A stretch of 51,928 nucleotides of DNA, taken from Basidiobolus meristosporus CBS 931.73 (taxonomy: Eukaryota; Fungi; Basidiobolomycota). The translations under genes were made by a program, and so were the position numbers. The notes beneath the pieces were generated by a model. The model was not told where the DNA came from, did not search any database, and worked only from the letters and a program-made list of their open reading frames with translations. How positions within the stretch are numbered: the stretch's first letter is position 1; each line of letters opens with the position of its first letter. The DNA lies in the NCBI GenBank assembly GCA_002104905.1, contig MCFE01000624.1:1-51928 (forward strand), in the 5' to 3' direction. Below, in pieces: positions 48,880-51,928 of this stretch.

Positions 48880-49383
48880 ATGAAATTATGCGTCGATCAT
48901 TCAGCGAAGAGGAAAAATCCTTTTGGTGAAGTCAGTCAATTACGGAAGGATATTCGCATCGAGGCAGACAAGAACACATCCTTTGGTATGTCCTCATCCA
49001 CAATTACTCGAGCACTCCTTCATCCACCTTGTTAAATATGATTTTGCAAAGGATCGATAGGAATATACGCGTTAACCCCTGAATCCACGAATCAAAGCGG
49101 CAATCCAAAACCCTCAAAGTGCTTGGGGCCTACAACTACGTGTGGGCAGTGTAAGAAGATTTCACTGACTGCAAGTTGTAGTTTTTGCGTTGAATTACTT
49201 TGTGGCAATTGCGGAATAAGATGTGAGCGGTGTGGGCTGAAGTTTTGCTCAATGTGTATTATCATCAAGTACGTATTTTTTCAGCCTTGAGATTCATTAT
49301 TCTCCGTGGCTAACAACTGTATGATGTGCAGATACGACGACTTATCTTCCGACTCTATACTGTGCCTAAGCTGCAAGGATTGA
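48880..49383 (+). CDS. SIVA-like zinc-finger protein; three exons (48880-48985, 49061-49268, 49332-49383), 121 aa
   Basis: Spliced product: MKLCVDHSAKRKNPFGEVSQLRKDIRIEADKNTSFG...TCGQCKKISLTASCSFCVELLCGNCGIRCERCGLKFCSMCIIIKYDDLSSDSILCLSCKD*. Canonical introns GTATGT..TAG (75 nt) and GTACGT..GCTAAC..CAG (63 nt) keep the frame. Confidence 0.8.
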
Positions 49384-50802
49384 GCAGTAATAATCTCCTG
49401 GAGAGATGCCGGTTGTCCCTAATTTCTCGTGTTGCATTCCCGTATCAACTGACTGGTTGTATTTATGACGTCTTTTAATCTTTTATTTTTAGTGAGCTTT
49501 TCGGCTCATGTCTGGTTTTTATCTATACATCCCAAGTAATGTGAGCTTCAGCAGTCGTACATACCCTTACCTCCCCAAATAACCTGCCTCAATCAATGTT
49601 GAGCATACGCTATATCAATTTCGGAGCCTGCGATTCTCAGCTTTGATGCTCTAAACCCAGGCTAATCGGCAGAAACATGCTCTAACCTTGTAGTTAGATA
49701 TTTCTTAGAGCGATTGATTAATAAACGATTTTGCGAATTTCAAATATTCTTGGGTGCGCGGAGACGCTTGATTGCCTCATATGCAGGGAGGGCGATTTCC
49801 TTCGTTGGCAAAAGACGTTGAGCTCAAGAGTGAAGGGAAAGCGGGCGACGCTTCTGGATAGAAAGTACATCTTACCTTACAAAGGGAGGCCGGGGGCGGC
49901 AATCTGTCGAAACCTCGTTAGCACATGTTTTCAGTGACTGTTGGCCATATCCACTTTGGGTGGCCACCTCCCCGTCGAAAAGCGCATAGCTCACACTGAC
50001 GGCTGTCCACCAGTGGAAAAGATGACCGGAGAAATGGCCTGACAACAAAAACAGGGAGGTGGTGTGCTCAGAGAGGCAGCAATTCTCACTCTTTCGAAGG
50101 AACTGGGCGGTGAGTTAAGGTGCATGCAGGTTGGCCGGAAATCGACCCTGCTGCTTCTGATTCGCAACCTTCCCCATAGCAATACAACATTGCGCGGTCG
50201 CTTACGATACTGGTATTGATACATAGCGGCAACAACACCAGTTCAGCCTCGCCTTCTCATCGCTGACAAAGGCAATGATCTGAGCAGTTGATTCACATTG
50301 GCTTGATCCGTGATCTGATAATTGCCATGGATCTGATACTCCTCTTCAGTATCCCAGCCAATTACTAAGGTACACACCCTCGCTTGCTCGTTGATCGACA
50401 GGCTGATACCTAGACTGATGTTAACGTGGTGTTTGGTCAAGCTCTGGTTTCAAATGACAAACAATTAATTCACGCCCACAAATGAATTCCAAAAGCGGCC
50501 TATACCAGCGCTGAGAGGCCCAAGATAACCAGAATTGGTAAATTCCTCAGGTTGAGTCTACTATCGGATTGATTAGAAATTGTTGGTGATCAGATTTGTC
50601 CTGATTATCCGCTCAACTACACTCGGTTGATTATAAATTCTATGTGACTTCAGTAAACGGGGTTACTTACGGCCAACCATTTTGGTAACCAGAATCTAGG
50701 TTGTACATAAATATCTCCAGCACACCGCTTTTTTCCGAAGGCTATTTCCGCCCAGCTTGGTAGCGTTTCTATACCTTGACAAAATCTCTTCGAAGCTTTC
50801 AA

Positions 50803-51928
50803 ATGTCCAGTAAAGCTCGCCTGTCCACTGAACTTGACTCGCAAGAGTCATTACCCCCATAGATAAAGCCACGGTTCTTGGCTCCGGCCGCTTTCGTTGG
50901 TTAATTCTGCTGTTCTCCTCCTTTCTAATCTTTGGAAGCTACTACTGGTACTTGTGTCTCGCGTTTGCTTTACTTTACAACAGCGACTAATTTGGCTGTT
51001 TCTTGTCCATACTTACAGCGGAGATACGCCGGGTGTCAGTATTGCCTTTGCAGATTTTCTTTTCGCTTGTTGGTTACTTACCGTTGTTGTTTCGATGTAG
51101 ATTATCAGCGTCCAACTGCGTGAACACTTGGAAGAAAGCATCGATATTTGGAATTATCAACTCGGAGTGCTGTATTCCATCGCTTCCCTCCCAAATATAT
51201 TCTTCCCCTTCTTCGGTGGAGTGCTCCTAGATCGATTGGGACGCAGACTCAACTTGATAACATTCGCAAGTTCTGTTTGCATTGGCCAGGCCCTTTTCGC
51301 CATTGGTGTCAGCGTCAAGGCATTCTGGCTAATGTGCATAGGGAGATTCTTGTTGGGATCGGCAACGGCTGTTTATCGGTAATTCAGGCGAAAATCACCG
51401 CCCAATGGTTTCGCTCCAGTAGGTTGGCCTTTGCGCTGGCTGTAAACATTACCATAGGTAAGGTTGGCTCTGCTATCGCAGACGCTGCCACAGCAGGACT
51501 AGAGAGACATACCGCCTTGACTTTACGAATTGGTTTGGGTTTATCCTCTGCCTGGTCTCTTTCGCCTGCGCCATGGGTCTTGTTATCCTAGACACCGACG
51601 AGAGAAGAGTGAAAGAAGGTGTTTTGGTTCTGGACGGGAATCAGTCATCCGAGGAGCGATTAAAGCTCAAAGAGGTGCTCGCTCTCGGTTCCAGGTTCTG
51701 GTTGCTCTTGGTGTACGCAGTACTTTTATACGGTAAGCAGTACTTCCACAAGTTTACTCTGACTTTGGCGGATCCTTATGCGGTCAACAAATTTAGGCGC
51801 AATTACATTTGGGTGGACCTCTAGTACTTTCCTACAAAGCAAGTGGTATCCTGGAAACGCCGTCAAAGCCGGTGCTGGTAGGTGGTTCAGCTGTTGCTTC
51901 CCCAAACAACCTGACTAAAGACGATGTG
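50803..51928 (+). CDS. MFSD1-like major facilitator transporter (3'-truncated by the window; three apparent 1-nt frameshifts)
   Basis: RFRWLILLFSSFLIFGSYY|CGDTPG|...LYSIASLPNIFFPFFGGVLLDRLG...GRFL-GIGNGCLSVIQAKITAQWF...WFGFILCLVSF...FLQSKWYPG, with GT-AG introns. Frame breaks occur near 50855, 51355 and 51520. Confidence 0.8.

Noticed and set aside
49731-50440. Possible spliced minus-strand gene (GTCAGT donor, GCTAAC..CAG acceptor near 49930-50000)
   Set aside because: The spliced product has no recognisable domain, and in-frame stops flank it.
1-51928. tRNA, rRNA or CRISPR arrays
   Set aside because: None were recognised. This is eukaryotic sequence with no spaced identical direct repeats.

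Overview
Intron-rich fungal genomic DNA with introns of about 55-75 nt, most consistent with an early-diverging fungus (inference). Two gene-dense, CpG-normal flanks enclose a ~22.5-kb transposon island with no recognisable host genes (~15.0-37.8 kb) that has lost almost all CpG. The left flank holds the 3' end of a Cps1-like GT2 synthase, a Ser/Pro-rich coiled-coil protein with PP1-docking motifs, an alpha-arrestin, a TMEM198/DUF4203-like protein and GGC1. The right flank holds a C2H2 transcription factor, a ~22-exon RICTOR/AVO3, a three-exon SIVA-like zinc-finger gene absent from the ORF track, and an MFSD1-like transporter with frameshifts. The island is dominated by one Ty1/Copia family with a half-tRNA-iMet-type PBS. 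This family has inserted repeatedly into older copies of itself, always in the same orientation; the two youngest copies share the target-site duplication GAATA and have complementary lesions. The island also holds two inverted copies of a CACTA-like terminus with an unknown cargo gene and several LTR-like relics. All alignments and counts were done by eye, without tools.
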